Below, piece by piece: positions 17,466-25,273 of a stretch of 34,041 nt of DNA. Position numbers and translations under genes: made by a program. A model generated the notes under the pieces. The model was given only the letters and a program-made list of their open reading frames with translations. It was not told the origin of the DNA and did not search any database. This stretch comes from Chloroflexota bacterium (GTDB lineage Bacteria; Chloroflexota; Dehalococcoidia; GIF9; UBA5629): contig JAPLHK010000094.1 of the NCBI GenBank assembly GCA_026389715.1, forward strand, positions 21,129 through 55,169, in the 5' to 3' direction. Within the stretch, counting starts at the first letter, position 1. Each line of letters begins with the position of its first letter.

Positions 17466-19157
17466 CTATTTTTTGTTTTTAGCTGTCTCTTCTTCCTGCA
17501 GCACTCTTCTCAATACTTTGCCAACCATGGTCTTGGGCAGATCGCTACGGAATTCCACATACTTGGGTATCTTATAGGCTACTAATTTCTCCTTGCACCA
17601 GGCCTGAATCTCCTCGGCTGTGGCCGTTTTGCCGGCCTCCAGCACAATCCAGGCTTTGACTGCCTCGCCCTGCTTGGCATCGGGTATGCCCGCCACGCTG
17701 ACCTCGGCGACCGCCGGATGACTACTGATAACCTCTTCGACCTCCCTTGGCCAAACCTGGAAGCCGCTGGGCTTGATAAGGTCCTTCTTGCGGGAAGTGA
17801 TGAACAGGTAGCCATCGTCATCCATGTAACCCACGTCGCCTGTATAGAGCCAACCATCCCGCAGCATCTCTTTGGTCTCCTCCGGTCTATTCCAGTAGCC
17901 TACCATAAGCTGCGGGGCCTGGAAGATGATCTCTCCTTCTTTGCCGGCAGGCATTTCACCTTCGCCGGTCTGAATATCGCCGATGCGGATAATGACGTCG
18001 GGCAGCGGCATACCCACCGAGCCCTGCTTCCACTGACCCCGGTAAGGGGTGCAGGTGCAGGCCATGGTGGTCTCGGTAAGCCCGTAGCCCTCCACGATGC
18101 GCCCACCGGTGATGTCTTCGAACCTCTTCTTGGTTTCATACAACAGTGGCGCCGCGCCCGAGTTGCAGCATTTCATTGAGCTGAAATCAACCTTGCCTGC
18201 CTTGACTGCCGGGTGCTCCAGAAGCGCGATAAACATTGCCGGAACCGCCGGGAAATAGGTAGGTTTATCGTGCTGAATCGTGGCAATGACATCGTCCCGG
18301 TCACGCGGGTTGGGCACCAGCGACATCGCACTATGGCCGATGATAGCCGTGCACATCACGGCGTAGGTCGCGAATGAATGGAACAGCGGTAAAACAAGCA
18401 TCATCACGTCCTTGTAGGGCTCGGCGATCTCGCCAAACCACCTGTTGAACTGCAAGCCGGTGATGACCTGTGAATGGTGGCTCCCCACCACACCCTTGGG
18501 AGTGCCGGTAGTGCCGCCGGAGAAAAGTATCAGCGCGTTATCGCCGGGCAGGACCTTAACATCGGGCCGTTTGGCCCCTGCTTTCTCTTTTATAAGATCC
18601 GTCAGCCAAAAATCACCGGCCTGCAATACGATGCGATGACCCTCTTTCTTCTCCATGGCCAATGTGAAGAGCACCTTGAGCACCGGCGGGAGATAGTCCT
18701 TGATACTTGTGGCGATTACCAGCTTAACCTTGGTACGCGGTTGCAGTTTCTTAAACTGGTTGTAAAACATGGTCATAACAACCACCGTTTCTGCGCCGCA
18801 GTCGTTGAGCGCATGCTCCATTTCCGCCTCAGTGTACATCGGGTTCATATGCACCAGGATAGCGCCGACCTTCCAGGCGCCCCAACGGCAAATGATAGCC
18901 TGCGGTATATTCGGCATGATCAGCGCCACGCGGTCGCCCTTCTTTACACCTTTGGCTGCCAGCGCCGCGGCGAACTCATCGCTCAACTTCTGGATCTCGG
19001 CATAGGACATCTTCCTCTTCTTGAAAAGCACCATGGGGTAATCGGGGTGCTCCTTGACAGCCTCATCAACGTAGTCTACCAGGGTCTTCTGCGGATAGGG
19101 CTCCAGGGTCTTGGGAACGCCTTTGTCATAGTTATTTAACCACCTTTTGTCAGACAA
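17466..19157 (-). CDS. Long-chain-fatty-acid--CoA ligase family protein (array copy 4)
   Basis: LFSGGTTGTPKG, YGLTE and TGDVG. I moved the start to the TTG at 19157, which has an AGGAGG RBS and aligns the N-terminus with the paralogues. TATAAT lies at 19200-19195. Confidence 0.9.
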   Translation of the reverse strand: MSDKRWLNNYDKGVPKTLEPYPQKTLVDYVDEAVKEHPDYPMVLFKKRKMSYAEIQKLSDEFAAALAAKGVKKGDRVALIMPNIPQAIICRWGAWKVGAILVHMNPMYTEAEMEHALNDCGAETVVVMTMFYNQFKKLQPRTKVKLVIATSIKDYLPPVLKVLFTLAMEKKEGHRIVLQAGDFWLTDLIKEKAGAKRPDVKVLPGDNALILFSGGTTGTPKGVVGSHHSQVITGLQFNRWFGEIAEPYKDVMMLVLPLFHSFATYAVMCTAIIGHSAMSLVPNPRDRDDVIATIQHDKPTYFPAVPAMFIALLEHPAVKAGKVDFSSMKCCNSGAAPLLYETKKRFEDITGGRIVEGYGLTETTMACTCTPYRGQWKQGSVGMPLPDVIIRIGDIQTGEGEMPAGKEGEIIFQAPQLMVGYWNRPEETKEMLRDGWLYTGDVGYMDDDGYLFITSRKKDLIKPSGFQVWPREVEEVISSHPAVAEVSVAGIPDAKQGEAVKAWIVLEAGKTATAEEIQAWCKEKLVAYKIPKYVEFRSDLPKTMVGKVLRRVLQEEETAKNKK

Positions 19158-19220
19158 GTTAAAACCTCCTAATGATTTGATTTTATCGTCAAGCATTATA
19201 CGCCTAACTAACCCATTGGC

Positions 19221-20927
19221 TCACGGTTTGGCAGCCGCCTTTTGCTTAGCCAGCTCTTCCTCTACAAGCACCCGTTTCAATATTTTACCCACCAGGGTCT
19301 TGGGTAATTCCGCCCTGAATTCAACATGCTTGGGCACCTTGTAGGCCGTCAGCTTCTCTCTGCAATGCAACTGAATTTCCTCGGCGGTAGCCGTTTCCCC
19401 CTGGCGCAGCACCACCCAGGCCTTGACTGCCTCGACCTGGTATGGATCAGGTATTCCTGCCACTCCAACCTCGGAAACCTTGGGATGCATGCTTATTACC
19501 TCTTCAACTTCCCTCGGCCAGACCTGGAAGCCGCCGGGCTTGATCAGCTCCTTTTTACGTGAGGTGATAAACAGGCAACCCTCATCATTCAGGTAGCCGA
19601 CATCCCCTGTATGCAGCCAGCCGCTGCGTATCATATCGGCGGTGGCCTCAGGCCTGTTCCAGTAGCCCTGCATCATCTGCGGGCACTGAGCAATTATCTC
19701 GCCCTCCTGGCCGGCAGGCATATCCTTCTCACCGGTTTCAACATCAACGATACGCAGTATAACATCCGGCAGAGGCACCCCAGCCGAACCCGGGGTCCAT
19801 TTACCCTCCACCGGTCCCAGCGTGATGGCAGCTGTAACCTCCGTCATACCGTACCCCTCAATAAGCTTGCCGCCAGTCAGTTCCTCAAAGCGCCGCTTGG
19901 TTTCGGGCAGCAATGGGGCCGCTGAGGCCACGCAAAGCTTCATCGATTTAAAATCGACTTTGCCCGCCTTTACCGCCGGGTGCTCCAGCAGTGCAATAAA
20001 AAGCGTCGGCACGGCCGGGAAGTAAGCCGGCCTGACGGTCTTGATTGTCTTTACCAGGTCATCACGGTCGCGCGGGTTGGGCACCACGGCCAGCGGGTTG
20101 TGCCCCATGATAGAAGTGCCCATCACGCCGGCAAAGCCGTAAACATGGAATAGCGGCATGATCATCATCACCACATCATCCCACTCGGTCAATACACTAT
20201 CGTTCCACACCTTGAGCTGCCAGGCCTCGGCTATCAGGCATTTGTGCGTGAGGATAACGCCCTTGGGCACGCCCGTAGTGCCGCCGCTGAAAAGCAGCAA
20301 CGCCACGTCGCCCGGCAACGGCTTATTGACGGGCGCGGCATGCCCGGCATGCTTGAGCATAAGGTCGGCTAAGTAAACATCATTCTGTGTAAGCTTTATG
20401 CGGTGACCTTCTTTTTTCTCCTTTAGCAATGTGAACATCAAGGCCAGGAAGGACGGCAGGTATTCCTTGATATTGACAGCTATCACCAGGCGCAGGCTGG
20501 TGCGCTCCTGTATCTTCTTCACCGTGGCATAGAAGGGTGTCAGCACCACCGCCACCTCCGCGCTGCATTCTTTCAACACATGTTCCAGCTCATACTCAGT
20601 GTACACGGGGTTGAGCGGCACGGGGATGGCTCCCGCTTTCCAGGCGCCGAACGACGCGATGAAACCCTGAGGGCAATTGGGCAGGAGGATGGCTACACGG
20701 TCTCCTTTCTTCACGCCGTTAGCCTGCAGAGCTGCCGCGAATACATTAAATAGCCTGACCATTTCACCATAAGTAACTGTATTTCCCTTGAAGAACAGGA
20801 AAGGATGGCCGGGCTTCTGCTTTGCGGCATCTTCCACGACGTCTAAAAATGTCACTGCAGGATACGGTTCCAGGGTATGCGGAACCCCTTTATCGTAGCT
20901 TTTAAACCACGGGTAATCAATGGCCAT
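19221..20927 (-). CDS. Long-chain-fatty-acid--CoA ligase family protein (array copy 5)
   Basis: LFSGGTTGVPKG, YGMTE, TGDVG and PKTLVGK; GGAGG RBS. Confidence 0.9.
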   Translation of the reverse strand: MAIDYPWFKSYDKGVPHTLEPYPAVTFLDVVEDAAKQKPGHPFLFFKGNTVTYGEMVRLFNVFAAALQANGVKKGDRVAILLPNCPQGFIASFGAWKAGAIPVPLNPVYTEYELEHVLKECSAEVAVVLTPFYATVKKIQERTSLRLVIAVNIKEYLPSFLALMFTLLKEKKEGHRIKLTQNDVYLADLMLKHAGHAAPVNKPLPGDVALLLFSGGTTGVPKGVILTHKCLIAEAWQLKVWNDSVLTEWDDVVMMIMPLFHVYGFAGVMGTSIMGHNPLAVVPNPRDRDDLVKTIKTVRPAYFPAVPTLFIALLEHPAVKAGKVDFKSMKLCVASAAPLLPETKRRFEELTGGKLIEGYGMTEVTAAITLGPVEGKWTPGSAGVPLPDVILRIVDVETGEKDMPAGQEGEIIAQCPQMMQGYWNRPEATADMIRSGWLHTGDVGYLNDEGCLFITSRKKELIKPGGFQVWPREVEEVISMHPKVSEVGVAGIPDPYQVEAVKAWVVLRQGETATAEEIQLHCREKLTAYKVPKHVEFRAELPKTLVGKILKRVLVEEELAKQKAAAKP

Positions 20928-21002
20928 TATTCAGCCTCCCCAGATATTTTATAGTCATCAGCAATGGATATCAGTTTAATACCACCTTCAGTTAAACGCC
21001 GC

Positions 21003-22703
21003 TTACTTCTTATCGTCAGTATCCCCGGCCTTTTCCTCCTCAAGTAAAACACGCCTGAGTATTTTGCCTATCTGCGTCTTGGGCAGCGCGTCGCGGAACT
21101 CTATCCGGCGCGGTACCTTGTAGGCCGCCAGCTTGGCCTTGCAGTGCTCCTTCAATTCATCGGCGCTGCAGGTCATGCCTGCGTTTAAGACTACCCAGGC
21201 CTTTACGGATTCGCCCTGATACTGGTCGGGTACGCCGGCCACGCCTGCCTCCATGACAGCAGGATGCTCATGTAAAACTTCCTCGATCTCGCGCGGCCAA
21301 ACCTGGAACCCGCTGGTCTTGATGATCTCCTTCTTGCGGCTATGCAGGAAGAGGTTCCCATCTTCGTCCAAATAACCGATATCGCCTGAATACAGCCAGC
21401 CGTCCCGCATCATGTCCGCGGTTTCCTGCGGCTGGTTCCAGTATTCTTTCATCAGGTTGGGCGCCTGGAAGCATATCTCGCCAAGCTGACCGGGCTTCAT
21501 GCTGCCCCGGCCGGTCTCGGCATCGGCAATCCTTATCACCACATCCGGCAGCGGCATGCCGACCGAGCCTTCCTTGTTGGCGCCAATTACGGGGTTAACC
21601 GTAGCAGCCTGCATGCACTCGGTCATGGTGTAACCTTCCAGCAGCCTTCCGCCAGTCATACTTTCAAAGCGTTTCCTGGTCTCCGCCATCAGCGGGGCAG
21701 CGCCCACGATGCAGAGCTTCATGCTCTCCAGCGTGACCTTGCCCGATGTCACCAGCGGGTGGTTCATAATGCCGATGTAGAAAGTCGGCACGCCCGGCAT
21801 GAAGGTCGGCTTATATTTCTTTATGCTCTTGACCACGTCCGTGAGGTCGCGCGGGTTGGGTATAATGACACATGAGGAGTGGTTAACCATGGCTGTGCCC
21901 ATGGCGCCCACACAGCCAAATACGTGGAAAAGCGGCATGGTCAGCGCCACTTTATCTTCCCATTGCTCAAGCACCGGGCTCAGCCAGGCACAGATCTGCA
22001 TGGCCGTCATAACCAGCGCCTGGTGAGTCCCCACAGCTCCTTTAGGCGTCCCTGTCGTTCCCCCACTGAAGAGGATGACTGCCGGGTCCGAGGGTTTCAC
22101 CTCAATGGCCGGTCGCCTGGCATTCCTGTACTTCTTAAGTACATCCTGGAACCACGCGTCGCCATGTTTAAGGCCGATGCGGTAGCCCTCCTTTTTCTCC
22201 CTGGCCAGCGTGAAAAGCAAGCGCAGGGGCTGAGGCAGGTATTCCTTGATATTGGTGGCGATAACAAATTTGACCCTGGTCTTGCCCTGGATATTCTTAA
22301 CGGCGTTATAGAACGGGTTAAGGACGATCACCGCCCGGGCATCGACCTCGTTCAAAGCGTGTTCGATCTCATGTTCAGTGTAAAGCGGGTTGACCGGGAC
22401 GGCTATGGCGCCCGCTTTCCAGATTGCCTGGAAACCAAGTATCATCTGGGGACAATTGGGCAAAAGCATAGCCACACGTTCGCCTTTCTGCACGCCCATG
22501 GCAACCAGCGCAGTGGCCAGCGCATTGCTCTGGCGGATAAAGTCCGCATATAGCACTTTGGAACCCTTGAAATACAACATGGCGCGGTAGGGTTTAGCTT
22601 TGGCGGATTCATCGACGATCTCGATCATCGTCTTTTGCGGGTAAGGTTGAAGCGTCAGGGGCACGCCCTTATCGTAATTCTTCAACCACGGATAGTCCGT
22701 CAT
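21003..22703 (-). CDS. Long-chain-fatty-acid--CoA ligase family protein (array copy 6)
   Basis: LFSGGTTGTPKG, GYTMTE, SGDIG and PKTQIGK. Confidence 0.9.
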   Translation of the reverse strand: MTDYPWLKNYDKGVPLTLQPYPQKTMIEIVDESAKAKPYRAMLYFKGSKVLYADFIRQSNALATALVAMGVQKGERVAMLLPNCPQMILGFQAIWKAGAIAVPVNPLYTEHEIEHALNEVDARAVIVLNPFYNAVKNIQGKTRVKFVIATNIKEYLPQPLRLLFTLAREKKEGYRIGLKHGDAWFQDVLKKYRNARRPAIEVKPSDPAVILFSGGTTGTPKGAVGTHQALVMTAMQICAWLSPVLEQWEDKVALTMPLFHVFGCVGAMGTAMVNHSSCVIIPNPRDLTDVVKSIKKYKPTFMPGVPTFYIGIMNHPLVTSGKVTLESMKLCIVGAAPLMAETRKRFESMTGGRLLEGYTMTECMQAATVNPVIGANKEGSVGMPLPDVVIRIADAETGRGSMKPGQLGEICFQAPNLMKEYWNQPQETADMMRDGWLYSGDIGYLDEDGNLFLHSRKKEIIKTSGFQVWPREIEEVLHEHPAVMEAGVAGVPDQYQGESVKAWVVLNAGMTCSADELKEHCKAKLAAYKVPRRIEFRDALPKTQIGKILRRVLLEEEKAGDTDDKK

Positions 22704-22781
22704 TAGTCTGCTCGAGCCTGCTCAGGCAACACGGTATTGCGCCCGATTTTTGGGTATTTCAATCGTTGATTGATTGGTCAA

Positions 22782-22809
22782 ATTGTATCACAGTGACTCG
22801 TAAAGTCAA
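22782..22809 (-). promoter_or_regulatory. Putative sigma70 promoter at the head of the ligase array
   Basis: Minus strand reads TTGACT (22809-22804), 16-nt spacer, then TACAAT (22787-22782) preceded by TGn. Confidence 0.55.
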
Positions 22810-22835
22810 GTTGCCCTGCCACCGCGGTCACAGCT

Positions 22836-23903
22836 TCATTTTATTCGTAAATCACCCTGCCCCGTCAGAGCCTGCCGCCGCAGTTGCCCGCAGGCCGCCT
22901 CAATCCCCTCCCCGCGCTGCTCCCTCTGTGTCACAGTGATACCGGCCTCTTCCAGCACGCGGCGGAAGTTAGTCACGCGAAACGTTTCAGGCGGATAGAA
23001 ACCACTGCCGCTGACCTTATTAAACGGTATGAGGTTTACGTGGCAGTTCAACCCCTGCAACAGCACGGCCAGCTTGGCGGCATCGGCCTGCCCGTCGTTG
23101 ACCCCTTTCAACAAACAGTATTCGAAAGTTACGCGCCGCCCTGTTTCCCTGAAATAGTGCTTGCAGGCATCGGCTATCTCCTGGAGCGTGTAGCGCGTCA
23201 TGCCGGGCACCAGCTTCCTGCGCAGGGCATCATCGGCCGCGTGCAACGAGACCGCCAAAGTCAACTGCAGGTCCTCGCCGGCCAGCCTGTAAATGCCGGG
23301 CACATAGCCGATGGTGCTCACGGTGATGTTGCGCATGCCGATGGCTAACTCGCCGTTGATCAGGTGCACTGCCGCCAGCGTCGCGTCATAATTGAGGAGC
23401 GGTTCGCCCATGCCCATAAAGACCACGTGGCTGACCCTGCCGTCCGCTGCCAGCAGCTTCCCTTTTATAGCAGCCTCACCGACAGTCATCACCTGGTCAA
23501 CTATTTCCCCGGCCGACAGGTTGCGCTTAAACCCTCCCGTGCCGGTTGCGCAGAAAGCGCAGCCGATGGGACAGCCTACCTGGGTGGATACGCAGCAGGA
23601 GAAGCGGCCTGCATAGGGCATTCCCACCGTCTCCACCAGTTCCCCATAGACGGGTTGTAAGAGCAGCTTGAAGGTGCCGTCCTTTGACTTGCTGATCTTT
23701 TTTACCTTGGAGCGGCCTATCTGATAGCCCTCTTCCAGCTTCGCCTTGAAGGCAACAGGCAAAGTGGCCATCCCGCTTATCTCGCGGCAACCCTGCCGGT
23801 ATAGCCAGTCGGCGACCTGCTTACCGCGGAACTCCTTTTCACCCAGCTCTTTAGCCAGCAGCTTCAATTTAACTGTGGACATGCCCAGCAGTAGCTTTTT
23901 CAT
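22836..23903 (-). CDS. rlmN: 23S rRNA (adenine2503-C2)-methyltransferase RlmN
   Basis: CVSTQVGCPIGCAFC, MGMGEP, LAVSLHA, NLIPFN and AACGQL. I prefer the ATG at 23903 because the putative -10 element overlaps the TTG at 23924. Confidence 0.92.
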   Translation of the reverse strand: MKKLLLGMSTVKLKLLAKELGEKEFRGKQVADWLYRQGCREISGMATLPVAFKAKLEEGYQIGRSKVKKISKSKDGTFKLLLQPVYGELVETVGMPYAGRFSCCVSTQVGCPIGCAFCATGTGGFKRNLSAGEIVDQVMTVGEAAIKGKLLAADGRVSHVVFMGMGEPLLNYDATLAAVHLINGELAIGMRNITVSTIGYVPGIYRLAGEDLQLTLAVSLHAADDALRRKLVPGMTRYTLQEIADACKHYFRETGRRVTFEYCLLKGVNDGQADAAKLAVLLQGLNCHVNLIPFNKVSGSGFYPPETFRVTNFRRVLEEAGITVTQREQRGEGIEAACGQLRRQALTGQGDLRIK

Positions 23904-23923
23904 TTTCTTAGTTTCCCCGACCA

Positions 23924-23952
23924 ATTATGTATTAGTGGCGGGCAGACTGCAA
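23924..23952 (-). promoter_or_regulatory. Putative rlmN promoter
   Basis: Minus strand reads TTGCAG (23952-23947), 17-nt spacer, CATAAT (23929-23924). Confidence 0.5.
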
Positions 23953-23969
23953 GCATTAACACATTCGGT

Positions 23970-23998
23970 TTGACCGCCCTGTTTTTTAGGAGTAGCAT
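23970..23998 (+). promoter_or_regulatory. Putative sigma70 promoter divergent from rlmN
   Basis: TTGACC (23970-23975), 17-nt spacer, TAGCAT (23993-23998). Confidence 0.6.
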
Positions 23999-24043
23999 GA
24001 AATTGAGGGTAATAAACAAGACTAACCCTCGCGGAGGTGGTTA

Positions 24044-24121
24044 ATGGTCAAAAAACAGGCCATGTTAGTTGAATGGCACTTTCCTTGGTCACGCTCTCAC
24101 CTGCGCGAGGAGCAGAGGTAA
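24044..24121 (+). CDS. Possible 25-aa peptide MVKKQAMLVEWHFPWSRSHLREEQR
   Basis: GGAGGTG (24033-24039) precedes the ATG at 24044; TAA at 24119-24121. I recognise no homology. Confidence 0.25.
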   Translation: MVKKQAMLVEWHFPWSRSHLREEQR

Positions 24122-24265
24122 GCTCCCCGGGTGCAGGCATTGAGAGCAGGTAAAACTCCCGAGCTCTCCGGTACGTAGCAAAAGAGCTGCGGAATAAGGG
24201 ACATAGCAGATAAATCGGGCTTACCTGAATGGGAGAGTAGGGAGGAAAATGGATCCGAAAGATCT

Positions 24266-24300
24266 AAGGGGCTTCGCGGCGCGAAGCCCCTTTATTTATT
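24266..24300 (+). terminator. Rho-independent terminator oriented for a + strand transcript
   Basis: 12-bp perfect stem AAGGGGCTTCGC/GCGAAGCCCCTT with a GGC loop, followed by TATTTATT. It may also stop the convergent activase transcript. Confidence 0.75.
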
Positions 24301-24316
24301 CCGATTTCGCCGTCAT

Positions 24317-25273
24317 TTAATACCCGGCGGTGGCATCCAATCCTTTAGCCTTGAATATCCCGATTATCCCGCTCAGGCGCTCTTCAGTTAGAGGCGTGCG
24401 CCCGCTCAACTGGTAGGCCCTGCCCAGCGACTGGTACTTGGCCCTGCCCCACTCGTGGTAGCCCAGCAGTGATACTTTCTCGGCCTTCATGCCCTGCAGC
24501 CTTCCGGCCAATTCCTGCATATAACGGTCACTGTCGTTGTAGCCAGGGATGACGGGCACTCTTATCCAGATCCTGGACATATTGGCCGCCATTAACTTCT
24601 CCAAATTGGAGAGGATAAGCTTATTGTCGGTTCCGGTGCCGTCGCGGTGCTCCTCACTGTCGATATGCTTTACATCGAAAAGCACCAGGTCTGTATATGC
24701 CAGCGCTTTCTCCAATGTTTCCCAGGGTACCTGTCCGCAGGTGTCCAGCGCTGTTCTGAAACCGCGCTCTTTGAGATTGCGGAGTAACTCCAGGGCAAAA
24801 TCGGCCTGTAGCAAAGGTTCGCCGCCCGACAGTGTGACGCCTCCTCCCGAGTTGCGGTAGAAGAGTTCATCCTTTGAGCATTCCTCAATCACTTCATCCA
24901 CGGTCATCTGCCGGCCGGCCAGCTCAAGTACGTCCTCCCAGCAGGCTTCGACGCATTTCAGGCAGAGGTCACATTTAACCCTGTCTAAACGCAGACCGCT
25001 GGCAGCCAGGGATAGCGCGCCCGGCGCACATACCTTGATGCAGCGGCCGCAGCCATTGCAGCGGGTTTCCCTGACCATCAACTCCGCAAAGGTATTAATC
25101 GATTCCGGGTTTGAGCACCACTTACAGCGCAGGGGGCAACCCTTGAAAAAGACCGTGCTCCTGATGCCGGGCCCGTCATGTATGCTGTAGCGCTGGATAT
25201 TGAAGACCACGCCTTTATTACCGGCGCTGCCCTTCTCCCCGCTGCCTGCAGACTCTCTGGAGTCTAAAAGCAC
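24317..25273 (-). CDS. Glycyl-radical enzyme activating enzyme with a 2x[4Fe-4S] ferredoxin-like insert
   Basis: HDGPGIRS, CPLRCKWCSNPES, CNGCGRCIKVC, CDLCLKCVEAC and SGGEPL. The GTG start overlaps the GRE 3' end by 10 bp; the exact start is uncertain. Confidence 0.92.
   Translation of the reverse strand: MLLDSRESAGSGEKGSAGNKGVVFNIQRYSIHDGPGIRSTVFFKGCPLRCKWCSNPESINTFAELMVRETRCNGCGRCIKVCAPGALSLAASGLRLDRVKCDLCLKCVEACWEDVLELAGRQMTVDEVIEECSKDELFYRNSGGGVTLSGGEPLLQADFALELLRNLKERGFRTALDTCGQVPWETLEKALAYTDLVLFDVKHIDSEEHRDGTGTDNKLILSNLEKLMAANMSRIWIRVPVIPGYNDSDRYMQELAGRLQGMKAEKVSLLGYHEWGRAKYQSLGRAYQLSGRTPLTEERLSGIIGIFKAKGLDATAGY

Larger units (their letters stand above)
24005..24300 (+). ncRNA. Candidate structured RNA of unknown family, possibly a small-peptide mRNA
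   Basis: Bounded by a + strand promoter and a + strand terminator while both neighbours are on the - strand. Several stems contain G-U pairs that work only on the + strand. Confidence 0.5.

Noticed and set aside
19158-19196. N-terminal extension MLDDKIKSLGGFN of ligase copy 4
   Set aside because: It spans the RBS and abuts a -10 element; the TTG at 19157 aligns with the paralogue starts.
11778-22703. Diversity-generating retroelement or NRPS-like assembly line behind the repeated adenylation domains
   Set aside because: No reverse transcriptase, template/variable repeat pair, carrier protein or condensation domain is present; divergence is spread along whole genes.
22836-23903. Cfr-type antibiotic resistance methyltransferase
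   Set aside because: The STQVGC and AACGQL motifs and the non-mobile context fit housekeeping RlmN.
24005-24300. Assignment as SRP, tmRNA, RNase P, T-box, CsrB-like RNA or a riboswitch for rlmN
   Set aside because: Their signature sequences are not seen, and GGA motifs are not clearly in repeated loops. rlmN appears to have its own promoter downstream of this region, and the wobble pairs favour the opposite strand. 6S RNA cannot be excluded without a covariance-model search.
24249-24320. Second small + strand ORF MDPKDLRGFAARSPFIYSDFAVI after GGAGG
   Set aside because: SD spacing is only 3 nt and the frame runs through the terminator hairpin.
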